A DNA stretch of 62,410 bases, counting the filler. It is 7 parts of 7 records of this genome, joined end to end, with 100 filler letters (N's around TTAATTAATTAA, not from the genome) between each part and the next. Parts side by side here need not be neighbours in the genome. Positions count along the whole stretch, not along the records: positions 49,091 to 54,335 come from SRR31147125_23565; positions 54,436 to 62,410 come from SRR31147125_23621; 5 more parts are not named here. One strand, 5' to 3'. Numbering within the stretch: position 1 is the first letter of the stretch; each line of letters begins with the position of its first letter. A program made the translations under genes and the position numbers. This document shows, piece by piece, positions 51,696 through 62,002 of the stretch. The notes beneath the pieces were generated by a model. That model had not been told where the DNA came from, did not search any database, and saw nothing but the letters and a program-made list of their open reading frames with translations.

Positions 51696-54059
51696 ATGAT
51701 TAAAAATTACCTCACATCGGCACTTCGATTTTTACAAAGAAATAAACTCTTTGCCGTAATCAACATTCTAGGGCTATCGCTTGCACTGGCAGGTTCTTTT
51801 ATTATTCTGCTATTTGTTATTAATGAACTTAGCTACAATACCAGCTTTAAAAACCGAAAACAGATTTTCAGAGTTTTACACGAAAATACAGACATAAAAG
51901 TAATTGGTGACGATTCCCCCTATGTACTTTCAGGTAGTATTAAAAATGAATTTCCTCAAATTAAATATGTGACTCCAATAAAGAGTATGAGGGAATTTGG
52001 TTTAAAACTAAATGAAGATTTTATTCCGGCACAAAATGTAGTTGGTTCCAATTCTGATATATTTAAAATTTTTGATTTCGGTCTGATTGGAGAACAGGAA
52101 AATATTCTCGATGAACCAAATTCAATTGTTCTTTCGCAAAAACAGGCACAACTTTTTTTCCCGGACGAAAATCCGGTTGGAAAAGAACTAATTGCTTTGA
52201 TTAATGAGAAAGAAGAAATATTTGAAGTTAAAGGAGTTTTTAAAGATATCCCGGTTAACTCCACTTTGCAGGCCGACTTTTTTATCAATCCCAAATGGCT
52301 TTTGGAGGAAATAAACCAGAGATTTAAAGACAAAAATGCCGAAACAAGCTGGCGTTTCTCTGACTGGCAAACCTGGTTATTACTGGATAAAAATGCTGAT
52401 ATAGCTCCAATCGACAAGCAATTCAGAGCATTAGAAAAAAAGGTTTATGGCGAAGAAGATACACATGATTATTCAGTACAAAATTTAACTGATGTCTATC
52501 TACATTCACAAGAGATTAATAGCGGAGTACCAAAAGGAAACCTGAAAAATGTTCGCATTTTTTCTATAATCGCTATACTCATAATTAGTATAGCAGCACT
52601 CAATTATATTATTCTTTCAACAGCAGTTTCAACGGGAAGGGCAAAAGAAATCGGGATTAGAAAAACTAATGGCGCAAGTACAAAATCCATTCGACAACAG
52701 TTACTGAACGAATCTGTTTTTATGGCAATGTTGGTCTTACCTCTTGCCTTGTTTTTAGCCTACCTGGGAAAACCGTATGCCGAAGAATTATTCCAAACCA
52801 AATTGCTAATAATCGAATCAAATATTATAATTTATGTAGCGGCATATCTTGCACTTACTTTAACTATAGGATTAACATCAGGATTATACACCTCCTATTT
52901 CTTATCAAAATTAAGTGTAATAAATATTTTTAAAAATTCGGTTCAAACAGGAAAAAGTAAAACCAATATTCGCCATGCCCTGGTTGTTATGCAGTTGGTA
53001 CTTTTTTGCTCCTTTGTATCAAGTACATTAATAGTTCGGTCGCAATACAAATTTTCGCTTGAGCAAAATCCGGGATACTACAACAAAAATGTTTTGTTTG
53101 TTAACATGAGAGAAAATACACAAAATGCTGTTGCTTTTATAAATAATATTAAAAACTATCCGAATGTAATTTCAGCAGGAGGAGCAATTGAAGCTTTACC
53201 AATGATATCCACATTCGATTATCCCATGGAATTTCCCGATGATAAATCGAAAAGAATACCCATTGAGCTTTTGGCCGTTGACTTTGATTTTGTTGAAGCG
53301 ATGGGCTTACAAATAATTGAAGGAAGAAGTTTTCTCCGTGGTGACCCGGAAGATTCGTACATTCTTAACGAAAAAGCGGTGGAAGCTCTTGAATTAACAA
53401 ACCCAATTGGCAAAAAAATAGATGTGGTAGACGGAACAGTAATTGGGGTGGTGAAAGATTTTAACCTGCACTCTTTTCACAGCGAAATTCCGCCATTACT
53501 TATGATTGCATCAAATGACTTCGTGCAACAGGTGGCTATCCATTACAAAGCAGGAACCCTCGGAAGTGTGCTGCCACAGGTAAAAACCGAATGGAAAAAA
53601 GTCGTACCGAACCAACCTTTTAATTATAAAACTATTGATGAATTCAAAAAAGAAATTTATGCCGAAGAAAAGAATCTGAATGTAATTATTTCGGTATCAG
53701 CATTATTCTCGTTATTAATTGCATCGCTTGGTCTTTTTGGGCTGACACTTTTTTTGGTAAAATCGCAAACCAAAGAAATAGGAATAAAAAAAGTTTTCGG
53801 AAGCTCTGAAAAAGGAATAATATTTTCATTTCTACAAAAGAACTTTATTATGGTTGTACTTGCTACAATTATTTCAATTCCAATCACCATTTTTATGATG
53901 AACCGCTGGCTTGATACCTTTGCTTTTAAAACCGACATAAACTGGTGGCTGTTTGCCATTACCTTTATTTTGGCAGCTTTTGTTGTACTTGCCACTGTTT
54001 ACTTTCATTCGCACCGGGCTTCGCGTATTAACCCGGTAAAAGCCCTCAGGCATGAATAA
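51696..54059 (+). CDS. ABC transporter permease, duplicated MacB_PCD/FtsX domains
   Basis: 'INILGLS', 'RAKEIGIRK..GA', 'GVVKDFN..S.H', 'NPVKALRHE'. Confidence 0.93.
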   Translation: MIKNYLTSALRFLQRNKLFAVINILGLSLALAGSFIILLFVINELSYNTSFKNRKQIFRVLHENTDIKVIGDDSPYVLSGSIKNEFPQIKYVTPIKSMREFGLKLNEDFIPAQNVVGSNSDIFKIFDFGLIGEQENILDEPNSIVLSQKQAQLFFPDENPVGKELIALINEKEEIFEVKGVFKDIPVNSTLQADFFINPKWLLEEINQRFKDKNAETSWRFSDWQTWLLLDKNADIAPIDKQFRALEKKVYGEEDTHDYSVQNLTDVYLHSQEINSGVPKGNLKNVRIFSIIAILIISIAALNYIILSTAVSTGRAKEIGIRKTNGASTKSIRQQLLNESVFMAMLVLPLALFLAYLGKPYAEELFQTKLLIIESNIIIYVAAYLALTLTIGLTSGLYTSYFLSKLSVINIFKNSVQTGKSKTNIRHALVVMQLVLFCSFVSSTLIVRSQYKFSLEQNPGYYNKNVLFVNMRENTQNAVAFINNIKNYPNVISAGGAIEALPMISTFDYPMEFPDDKSKRIPIELLAVDFDFVEAMGLQIIEGRSFLRGDPEDSYILNEKAVEALELTNPIGKKIDVVDGTVIGVVKDFNLHSFHSEIPPLLMIASNDFVQQVAIHYKAGTLGSVLPQVKTEWKKVVPNQPFNYKTIDEFKKEIYAEEKNLNVIISVSALFSLLIASLGLFGLTLFLVKSQTKEIGIKKVFGSSEKGIIFSFLQKNFIMVVLATIISIPITIFMMNRWLDTFAFKTDINWWLFAITFILAAFVVLATVYFHSHRASRINPVKALRHE

Positions 54060-54203
54060 TAATTTTATATGATGTAAAAGAATTGGACAACACAATGCAT
54101 AAAAATTTTACACTTTTTTATGCTACAGGAAAACAACTATTTCTTTATCAACAATTTAAAACTTTGGTATGTTTTATGCCTAATTTTAATCCAAATATCC
54201 AGT

Positions 54204-54335
54204 ATGACCTACCATTTAAGAATTGCCATCAGAAATTTAAACCGCGAAAAGAAATATTCCATTTTCCTGTTTTCATCCATTTTTATCGGGTTAATCACTT
54301 TTATATTGGTTTCGGGTTATGTTTTTTATGAAAAA
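54204..54335 (+). CDS. 5' fragment of a further FtsX/MacB permease
   Basis: MTYHLRIAIRNLNREKKYSIF...IGL...YVFYE, same N-terminal pattern as its neighbours. Confidence 0.75.
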
Positions 54336-54435
54336 NNNNNNNNNNNNNNNNNNNNNNNNNNNNNNNNNNNNNNNNNNNNTTAATTAATTAANNNNNNNNN
54401 NNNNNNNNNNNNNNNNNNNNNNNNNNNNNNNNNNN
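54336..54435. other. Artificial contig-joining spacer
   Basis: N44-TTAATTAATTAA-N44. Confidence 0.98.
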
Positions 54436-54623
54436 AAAAAGAGAAGTTATGACTCTCGAGTTTCAAACATTCTCAGCAATACCCTTCTCTGGAGTTTTCT
54501 TTGATTATGGCAAATCTTCTCCATAAGACATTCGTCAAATTCGGTCTACCCCATGAGGGGGAATTTGAGTGTAGGACACAGCGGTCTCTTCTGCCCTACA
54601 ACTCATTGTTTGCTATAAACGGT

Positions 54624-56332
54624 TTAGCCCATTTTTACCTGAAAAGGCCAACCAACGATCCCTCCCTCAATGAACCGAACCCGATCAAATCCTGCCGATT
54701 CCAGAATCAACTGGGCCTCATATCCCCTCATACTCACCTTACAGAATGTCAGAATATCCTTGTCTTTGGGGAGCTCTGCCGCCTTTTCCCGCAGTGCCCC
54801 CAATGGGATATGAACCACATCATAGGGCAGTTGCATCTCTTTAAATTCATCCGGAGTTCGGACATCCAGTAAAATCAGATCGTCATGTCCATTCTCGATA
54901 CGTTCCTTGGCATCAAAGGAGAAATCCCCTTGGCCTGTCCATCCAATTTGTTGGTCAAGACATGGGCACAGGTGGCAAGGGGATCGATGGGCGGACTGAA
55001 CGGCGGGGCATAGGCAAAGTCGACATTGGCGACATCATCCAGTGTGGCATTCATATAGATGAGGGATGCGGCGGCATCCATCCGTTTGGCCACATCACCC
55101 ATACCGGCAATCTGAACGCCCAGCAGCTTTCGATCCCGGCGAGATGCGATCATCTTGATGACAATGGGAAGACCGGTCATGTAGTGGGGTTTGTCCGGAC
55201 CGGACCAGATGGCGGTCTCGATGTCCATGTTCAAGGTGCGGGCTTGGGTTTCCGAGAGGCCGGTTCGGCTGATGGTGATGTCAAACGCCCGGGCAATGCC
55301 GGTGCAGGTGATGCCGGGAAATGAGATGGGTTTTCCGGCAATGTGATCGGCAATGACCCGGCCGTGTTTGTTGGCCGTGGATCCCAACGCCACAAACAGC
55401 TGATTGCCGGCGCCGCCGGGGGCGTAATTGTTGACGACACAATCACCGCCGGCGTAAATATCGGGATCGCTGGTCTGACAATATTCGTTGATGACAATAC
55501 CGCCTTTTTCCATGCAGGTGAGCCCGGCCTCTCTTGCAAGCGCATCATTGGGGCGGGTTCCCACGGCAATGACCACCACATCTGCCGGAATCTCCTGCTT
55601 GTCGGTGGTGACGGCCGCAGCTTTGTCCGTACCTCCGATTCCAGTAACCCGTTCTCCAAGTACCAGATCGACACCGTTGCGTCGAAGGTGCTTGGCGGCC
55701 CAGGTGGCCATATCCTTGTCCATGAGACCCGGCATGATCTGGGGCATCATCTCCACCATGGTCACCTCGAGTCCCTGCTTTTTCAATGCTTCGGCCATCT
55801 CCATTCCAATGAATCCGGCTCCCACCATGACGGCCTTTTTCAAATCTTGCGATTTTATCTCATTCAGTAGGGATTCGGCATGGTCGGGGTGGGTCATGAA
55901 CCAGACATTTTTTAGGTCCACTCCCGGAATGGGAGGGTGGAACGGACTGCCGCCGGTGGCAATGACCAGTTTATCGTAATCCAGCGTACTCTTCTCTTTG
56001 GAATCGAGATTTTTTACATCGATACGTTTCTTCTCCCTATCGATGCGGAGCGCTTCAGTGCGGGTGAGGACGGTAAACCCTTTTGCTTTTTCAAAGAACA
56101 TGACATTTCTGGGGATCCCCACAGGCGTATTGATCAGCTCATCGATGTCACTGAATACACCTTCCACGTAATAGGGCAATCCGCATGCTCCATAGGATAG
56201 AATACTGTCTCTTTCAATCAGAGTCACATCGGCTTTGGGATTGTTTCGTTTCAATCTTGCCGCTGTTTTAGGCCCGGTTGCCACACCACCGATGATCAAA
56301 ATTTTTTCTTCCGACATAATTACTCCTTTCAT
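54624..56332 (-). CDS. CoA-disulfide reductase/NADH oxidase-family flavoprotein with C-terminal rhodanese domain (frameshift near 54915)
   Basis: 'GGVATG', 'SYGACGLPY', 'GAGFIG.E', 'AGGD', 'YAPPFS'; adding one T gives 'LLDVRTPDEF...HIPLG.LR....LPKDK.I..FC...RG'. Confidence 0.9.
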
Positions 56333-56712
56333 TTACGCGATGCTTTGTGTCACGCTTTTCTTAAAATTTGTAAAATTACCTCTTTAGGTGTCGATCGAAT
56401 TTAGTTGATGCCCTCGCTTATAGCAAAATATGGTCCAAAAGGCTTTAATGAAATTGCCCAATGCTCAAAAAAATATCTCACTATATTTGATTTGGAACCA
56501 TTTGACATTCAAAATGAGCAGAAAAAGTATGAAGAAAGATATTTTCTTGATTTAATCAAATTTTTAATTTATTTTCTGACACACCTGAGAAGCGTGATGA
56601 AAATAGTGACTTAGCATTGTGAAATAATTGAATCATGACTAAAAATTGAGGAGAAGGTAGGCTGTCCGTAAGCAGAGATCTTGGATTCGGATAGCCATCG
56701 GAATCAATCGGT

Positions 56713-57417
56713 ATGGCGAATAAAAAGAATAAAGAAAGCAGCAGAAAAGGCAGAGAAGATTTTACCCAGGAAGCGTACCAGGGGATCCGGAAAATGTTTT
56801 TCCACAACGAGATCGTTCCGGGGCAAAAAATCTCATATCGGGATCTGGCCGAACGGCTCGACATGAGCTCCACTCCGGTGATTCAGGCTCTCAAACGACT
56901 TGAATATCAAGGTTTTGTAAGGCATGAACCCAATCGGGGGTACTATACTGAAGATGTCACGGTTGAGGAAATAACGGAAATTTACGATTTCCGAGAGCTG
57001 ATCGAGGTCTCATTGCTGAAAAAGACGGTCTCTTTGATGACCGATGTTAAATTGGAACGATTGCATAACGCTCTGGAACGCCATCTAAACGCTGTAAGAG
57101 ATATCTACCTCAAAGAGCGTCTCATGAGAGACAGGGAGTTTCATCTCACCCTGGCTGAGCTTTCCGAATGCACCCTGCAAGTCAACACTTTACGTCATCT
57201 CTTTGATCTTCTTTACCTGAAATATCGAGGCAATATTCTATTTGTGACTCCAATGGAAACGGTGGATAACGAACATTCCCGTCTCTACGAACTCATTGCC
57301 GATGGTGATGCCGATGGTGCCGCCCTTGTTTTGGGGCAGCACATTGCCAATGTCAAAAAGCATGCGTTGATCAGTATCAAAAAGGTGATGGAACAAAAAT
57401 ACCCCAGTAATTTTTGA
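56713..57417 (+). CDS. GntR-family (FCD) transcriptional regulator
   Basis: 'PGQKI....LAERL.MS.TPV..AL.RL...G', 'EIYDFR..IE', 'DREFH', 'EH'. Confidence 0.9.
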   Translation: MANKKNKESSRKGREDFTQEAYQGIRKMFFHNEIVPGQKISYRDLAERLDMSSTPVIQALKRLEYQGFVRHEPNRGYYTEDVTVEEITEIYDFRELIEVSLLKKTVSLMTDVKLERLHNALERHLNAVRDIYLKERLMRDREFHLTLAELSECTLQVNTLRHLFDLLYLKYRGNILFVTPMETVDNEHSRLYELIADGDADGAALVLGQHIANVKKHALISIKKVMEQKYPSNF

Positions 57418-57625
57418 TTGAAGCGGGGAGAGTTAATTCACTGTGCATGATTCGATATCAGTACTGCAATGAATTAAATTCTTGGAGAGGACCCAAGTGG
57501 GGGACAGGCGGGTATTTGGCCGAAAATCAGTGGTGAAGCCAATATGACGGAATGTCATGATTTTATCTCAGAGCCAAATGATCCCATTAAAGAAGGATTT
57601 CAGCTCTGAATTGCGTTTAAAACAA

Positions 57626-57665
57626 CCTGTCGGGTAGACAACAAAGTCGTAGACGATCCGACAGG
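57626..57665. terminator. Hairpin between convergent genes, possible terminator
   Basis: CCTGTCGG...CCGACAGG 8-bp GC-rich stem with a long loop. Confidence 0.35.
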
Positions 57666-57698
57666 ACTATTTTGAATTCCCTGCCATCAACCACTTCG

Positions 57699-59015
57699 CT
57701 AGAGGAATTTTCTAAGATACTCGTAACCCGGGGTCAATTTCCCATTGTAGACAATCACCGCGTTTCGAATCTCCGGACACAATCCGGATGTCTCCAGTGA
57801 GGCATCGTAATCCGCCTCCAGAATATTGGAGATAAAGGGTTTTAGCTGATTGCTGAAAAAGGTGGATGCGTCATTGGGAAGCTCACACGGCAGATTGTCC
57901 ACCGCCAGCACCACAATCCCATCGCCTTTGTGGCCGTCGGTGACGGTTTGCGTCAAAGGATCCACCAGATAGGCGGGCATCCCCGAGTCGGTGGATTTCA
58001 CATTGCACTCGATGGATCCGGCCGTATCACAGGTGATGTCGGCGATACCGCACAATTTCGGTTCTGTCCCGGCATTCACCGTCGTTTCAAACAGGGATTT
58101 GAGTCCATCCCATGTGACGAATCGGGGATATTGCTTATCCCAGTAGACGGCATTGACCAGGACGGAACAGTAGGGCAGATACTGGTCAAAGATGCTTTCA
58201 TATCGCTCCGGCCGGGTGAAATAGTCGGTGAGATCAAATGAATTCCCTTCTTTGTTCTTCACCAGATCCTCTTCTTTGAAAACAGTGACATAGACTTTCT
58301 TTGAATCAAAGTTTCCTGATTTGATGAAAGTGTCAAGATCCGAAGCCGCCACTCTTTCAGTGGGCAGGCAGTCCAGAATATGCTGGGCACCTCCGGAGAC
58401 ATTCCCGTATCCCAATACGCCGAATACCATGGGTGACAGACTATCCGGAAATCCATCCTCGGCAATCACTCGACCGATTTTTTCAATCTCTTTTTTTGCC
58501 TCTTCCACAGAACTGTATCCATGGGCGGGTTTACATTGGGTAAAGGGAGTGGAAATGCCTTTGTGTTCCCAATACTCTCCCATGAGATGCAGAATATCGA
58601 TGGCTCCGGCATCACCGGCATAGCGGCCAAAGTAAATCAGGCGTCGATTGGCATCATCGGTGATTTTCTCATAATCGATAAGCGTTGAGCCGCCTTCCAT
58701 GATTTTTTTCAGGATGGGCATCCCGGAGGGCTGGCCTTTGATGGTGTGGGAGAAGAAGATATAGGTTTTATTATCCAGAAATTTTTCTATCGGAATCTCC
58801 TTGACCCCGAAAATAACATCTCCGGGGGCCATGCCGTCACACGATTCAGCGCCGGCAGCTTCATATTCGGCAGTCGGGAAAAACCGTTTGTCCGATGCTT
58901 CCACAAATGCCTTTGCTCCGCTTTCCTGAATGATTTTTTTCAGATCATCCGGCACAATGGGAGCACGTTTCTCCCAGATATTTTTGTCTTCCGCTCTGAT
59001 CAACAGTTTTTTCAT
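57699..59015 (-). CDS. Lysine-ketoglutarate reductase (LKR)-like protein, AlaDH/PNT fold
   Basis: 'IRAEDKNIWEKRAP', 'GVKE', 'FFSHTIKGQ', 'LIDYE', 'FGRYAG.AG', 'DITCD..GSIE', 'AVDNLPCELP.DAS..F'; likely ATG 59015. Confidence 0.85.
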   Translation of the reverse strand: MKKLLIRAEDKNIWEKRAPIVPDDLKKIIQESGAKAFVEASDKRFFPTAEYEAAGAESCDGMAPGDVIFGVKEIPIEKFLDNKTYIFFSHTIKGQPSGMPILKKIMEGGSTLIDYEKITDDANRRLIYFGRYAGDAGAIDILHLMGEYWEHKGISTPFTQCKPAHGYSSVEEAKKEIEKIGRVIAEDGFPDSLSPMVFGVLGYGNVSGGAQHILDCLPTERVAASDLDTFIKSGNFDSKKVYVTVFKEEDLVKNKEGNSFDLTDYFTRPERYESIFDQYLPYCSVLVNAVYWDKQYPRFVTWDGLKSLFETTVNAGTEPKLCGIADITCDTAGSIECNVKSTDSGMPAYLVDPLTQTVTDGHKGDGIVVLAVDNLPCELPNDASTFFSNQLKPFISNILEADYDASLETSGLCPEIRNAVIVYNGKLTPGYEYLRKFL

Positions 59016-59051
59016 AATCACGTCTCCTGTGTCATGCAACTTGTTGAGGCT

Positions 59052-60377
59052 TTAGAGTATACGCCTCTTTTCACAAAATTTGATGTTCATTCGCTCCAGC
59101 TCTGCCAGCACCGGGTTATATATCTGGGCATGGACAGGAATGCAAACACCTTTTAAATCGATTTTTCCCTCTGCAATGAGTTTGGCGGCAATGGCCGAAG
59201 GCAGCCCAACGGTTTTGGACATGGAGCTGTCCCCTCCCGGCGTTCCGGTATCCACCAGCGTGGAGAGAATCTCTTCCCGTCCGCCGTCCGGATATTTTCC
59301 CATGAACTCATGATGTTGCAGCAGCAGGTCCACCTCTCCGGTGTTGTAGGTGAGTTTCTTTTTCAAAACATGAGCAAACATATCAAACACGGAAACGGTA
59401 CCGCTTAAATCCAAACATTCGTTACTAAACATGCCCAGCCATTTCAATTTTTTGATGGTCAATGAATGGGTCGGAATTTTGAGATAGGCGGCTACATCTT
59501 TTTTAATATCGTTGCCGTCACTGTTGATCATATTGGCCAGCACATGGCAGGGAGGGGTGTTCTCCATGTTGAACATCATCTTTTGGTTGAGCATACCGAG
59601 CTTCTTGAAGAAGCCCCATGTCTCACAGTAGCCGACATTTCGGAGCGTCCCTCGAAAGATGGTTTCGGCCGACTCGATGCCGTAAAGTTCCAGATAGGGC
59701 AGGGCATCCCGATTGACATAGGCTTCAAATACCCCGGAACCGGGAATGTCCGTCAGCCAGTAGTGCTCAAACAGCTTACTGCCGGGCACGTCCACAATTT
59801 CGCCGTTTTCCAGGTATCTCCCATCGTTGTTGGCTGCCAGCATGGCCCCTTCCGGACTCCAGGAAAACTTGTAGCCCAGGGGATTGTTATTATTGGCCAT
59901 GGCCGGAAGACCGCCGCAGTAAGAGATAAAGTGTGTCACCGTTCCGCCGGCGGATCGGATCCGGTCGATCACTTTCATGGCTGCCATGTGATCGATACCG
60001 GGATCCACACCGATTTCGTTGAGAAAGATGAGTCCTCTCTTCCGGGCATCGTCGTCCATGGCCTGCATCTCATCCTTTACATAGGATGCGGTCACCAGGT
60101 GCTTTTTGTGCTCAAGACAGAATCGGGCCACTGTCGGGTGAAACGTCCACGGCAGTAAACTGACGACAATGTCGGAAGCAAAGATTGTATGGTTCAGCAT
60201 TTCGGTATTTCCCACATCCAAGGCGGTGGCCTCTCCCCTGGGGTGATCCCCGATGAGCTCACTGGCCTTCTCTACGATTTGATCGGCAACGGTGATGTGA
60301 AGATGCTCGAATTTCAATAAATAGTGGACGAGTGGTCCTGCGACAAGACCGGCGCCCAAAACAAGAATGCGTTTCAT
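59052..60377 (-). CDS. Saccharopine dehydrogenase (L-glutamate-forming) family
   Basis: ATG 60377 behind GGAGG; 'LGAGLV', 'TASY', 'NEIGVDPGIDHM', 'SYCGGLP', 'NPLGYKFSWSP.G', 'RGTLR', 'SMSKTVG'. Confidence 0.92.
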   Translation of the reverse strand: MKRILVLGAGLVAGPLVHYLLKFEHLHITVADQIVEKASELIGDHPRGEATALDVGNTEMLNHTIFASDIVVSLLPWTFHPTVARFCLEHKKHLVTASYVKDEMQAMDDDARKRGLIFLNEIGVDPGIDHMAAMKVIDRIRSAGGTVTHFISYCGGLPAMANNNNPLGYKFSWSPEGAMLAANNDGRYLENGEIVDVPGSKLFEHYWLTDIPGSGVFEAYVNRDALPYLELYGIESAETIFRGTLRNVGYCETWGFFKKLGMLNQKMMFNMENTPPCHVLANMINSDGNDIKKDVAAYLKIPTHSLTIKKLKWLGMFSNECLDLSGTVSVFDMFAHVLKKKLTYNTGEVDLLLQHHEFMGKYPDGGREEILSTLVDTGTPGGDSSMSKTVGLPSAIAAKLIAEGKIDLKGVCIPVHAQIYNPVLAELERMNIKFCEKRRIL

Positions 60378-60419
60378 GATCCCTCCCAAGGTCTCGGTGT
60401 CAACTGAATTTGGCAATTG

Positions 60420-60468
60420 TGTTGCTACCAACAGGGTGACACTATACTTGTCCCAATTTTGTTGTCAA
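60420..60468 (-). promoter_or_regulatory. Sigma70 promoter with downstream palindromic operator for the SDH-LKR operon
   Basis: TTGACA (60468-60463)-16 nt-TATAGT (60446-60441); palindrome TGTTGcTAcCAACA at 60420-60433. Confidence 0.6.
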
Positions 60469-60512
60469 CGAATTTTTTGAAGACTGTCCTTTTCTACTGT
60501 TAAGTTGGGATG

Positions 60513-61342
60513 TTAAGAATCCTTACAGATACGTTCATAGAGCATTTTCTCTGCATCGGACAGCGGGGTGTCGTTCATCAGTTTGTGAAGGAAGTAGTGG
60601 AAAAAATCGTGGCGTAAACTATCTCGAACAGAGGTCACGAACCATTGATTGGTACCCCAGTTGATGACTGCGTTTTTTTCATCGCCATCAATGAACATGC
60701 CGCACAGCACCTCTTTTCGGTCCATCACCAGATCAAAAAATCGGTGACTTCGTTGCGCGTCATTTTTAGTTGCATGGGATTCCGACGGGGGTGGATCACC
60801 TGCCATTCAAATATCAGCGGCACCGGTTTCAATGAGACATACTTGATAGTGACACCCCGTTCATCGGCCGTTTCAAGCAGTGGGTCAAGGTGCGCTCCCT
60901 CCTCCGGTGCCATGCGGACATAGATTTCAGTTTCCGCTTCCAGGATCATCTCTCTGGCTTTTTCCAGAATCATCTCATACCCTTTAATGTGCCAGATGAC
61001 ATCGCTTTGGATCTGCTGTTCAGCATTTAAAAGGCGCTCTTCAAGATCGGACAGGGCGCTTTCATGATCTTGGCGGAGCCGTCGGATGAGCTCCTTGGAG
61101 GGGATGGGGCTATACATGCCTTGACTTGATTCCACCACAAATCCTTTGGCTTTCAATGACCGCAGGACATCGTAAATCCGTGCCCTGGGGATGCCCGAAT
61201 GACGACTGAGCTGCGATCCGTTAATCGGATGGTGGGCCACAAGGGAGGTGAAAGCGGTGACGGCGTATTCAGACAATCCAATGGTGAGTTGGGCGTTTCG
61301 TTTGAGCATAACGGTGGTAATCCTTTTATCCTTATCCTTCAT
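60513..61342 (-). CDS. TrmB-family transcriptional regulator (frameshift in C run near 60790)
   Basis: 'GLSEY...A...L', 'S.HSGIPRARIYDVL.SL..KG', 'WHIKG', 'AETEIY'; C-terminus continues in ORF 60513..60806. Confidence 0.88.
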
Positions 61343-61659
61343 CTTTACTCTTCAGTCATAAGTGCTCAGATCCAAACATTACATATTGTGCGCGATGGAT
61401 ATGAGTCTTTCTCCATGCATATGAAAAATGAGACGTGATGACTCTCGAGATCTTTAATTTGGGTCAAATTTTTTACACCTTATCATGGCTTTTGGTTGGA
61501 AGAAAAGAGATGCGGTGATGAAAATGGAAACGAAAAGTAACTAATGTATTTGTGCCCTTGACATTACTTATTTATTCATTATCTTAAGTGTTTGTATTTA
61601 TGGGATTAGGCAAGATATTCGCCGAAAATGCTAAAAAATGAAAGAATAGAAGGATAACC

Positions 61660-61902
61660 ATGCCGATATTTGAGTTTAAGTGTTCGGATTGTGAAGCGTT
61701 TTTTGAAACCCTCTTTATGAGTGGCGATGATGAAAAAGAGATAAAATGTCCCAAATGCTCCTCGTATGCCGTAGAGCGGGTGGTCAGTGCAACCAACTAT
61801 GCCATGGGTGCTTCAGGTGCATCTAAAGGACAAGGGGTGTCGAAACAGGAACGAACCTGTTCCAGTGGGTCATGTTCCACCTATACCGTTCCAGGGGTTT
61901 AA
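61660..61902 (+). CDS. FmdB-family zinc-ribbon protein
   Basis: 'MPIFEFKCSDC...FE.L...CPKC.S..V.R..S' and terminal 'C..GSC'. Confidence 0.88.
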   Translation: MPIFEFKCSDCEAFFETLFMSGDDEKEIKCPKCSSYAVERVVSATNYAMGASGASKGQGVSKQERTCSSGSCSTYTVPGV

Positions 61903-62002
61903 ATTGCCGGGATAGTGGATATGGTCGGGTATTTATTGATGCGTGATCAAGGACCCGAGTCGATGGATTTAAAACAAAATAGATGTTAAGGAGGAGTCAT
62001 AG

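Noticed and set aside
11291-54391. TTAATTAATTAA repeated six times as a possible biological repeat or att site
   Set aside because: Always centred in a 100-nt N spacer; it is a six-frame-stop linker
59466-60158. Long antisense or alternate-frame ORFs in the track (for example 59466..60158, 32845..33474, 24864..25448)
   Set aside because: They are shadows of well-supported genes on the other strand, with no motifs or RBS
54449-61449. 12-mer ATGACTCTCGAG in two intergenic regions of the last contig
   Set aside because: One shared 12-mer is expected by chance in about 8 kb, and there is no extended similarity
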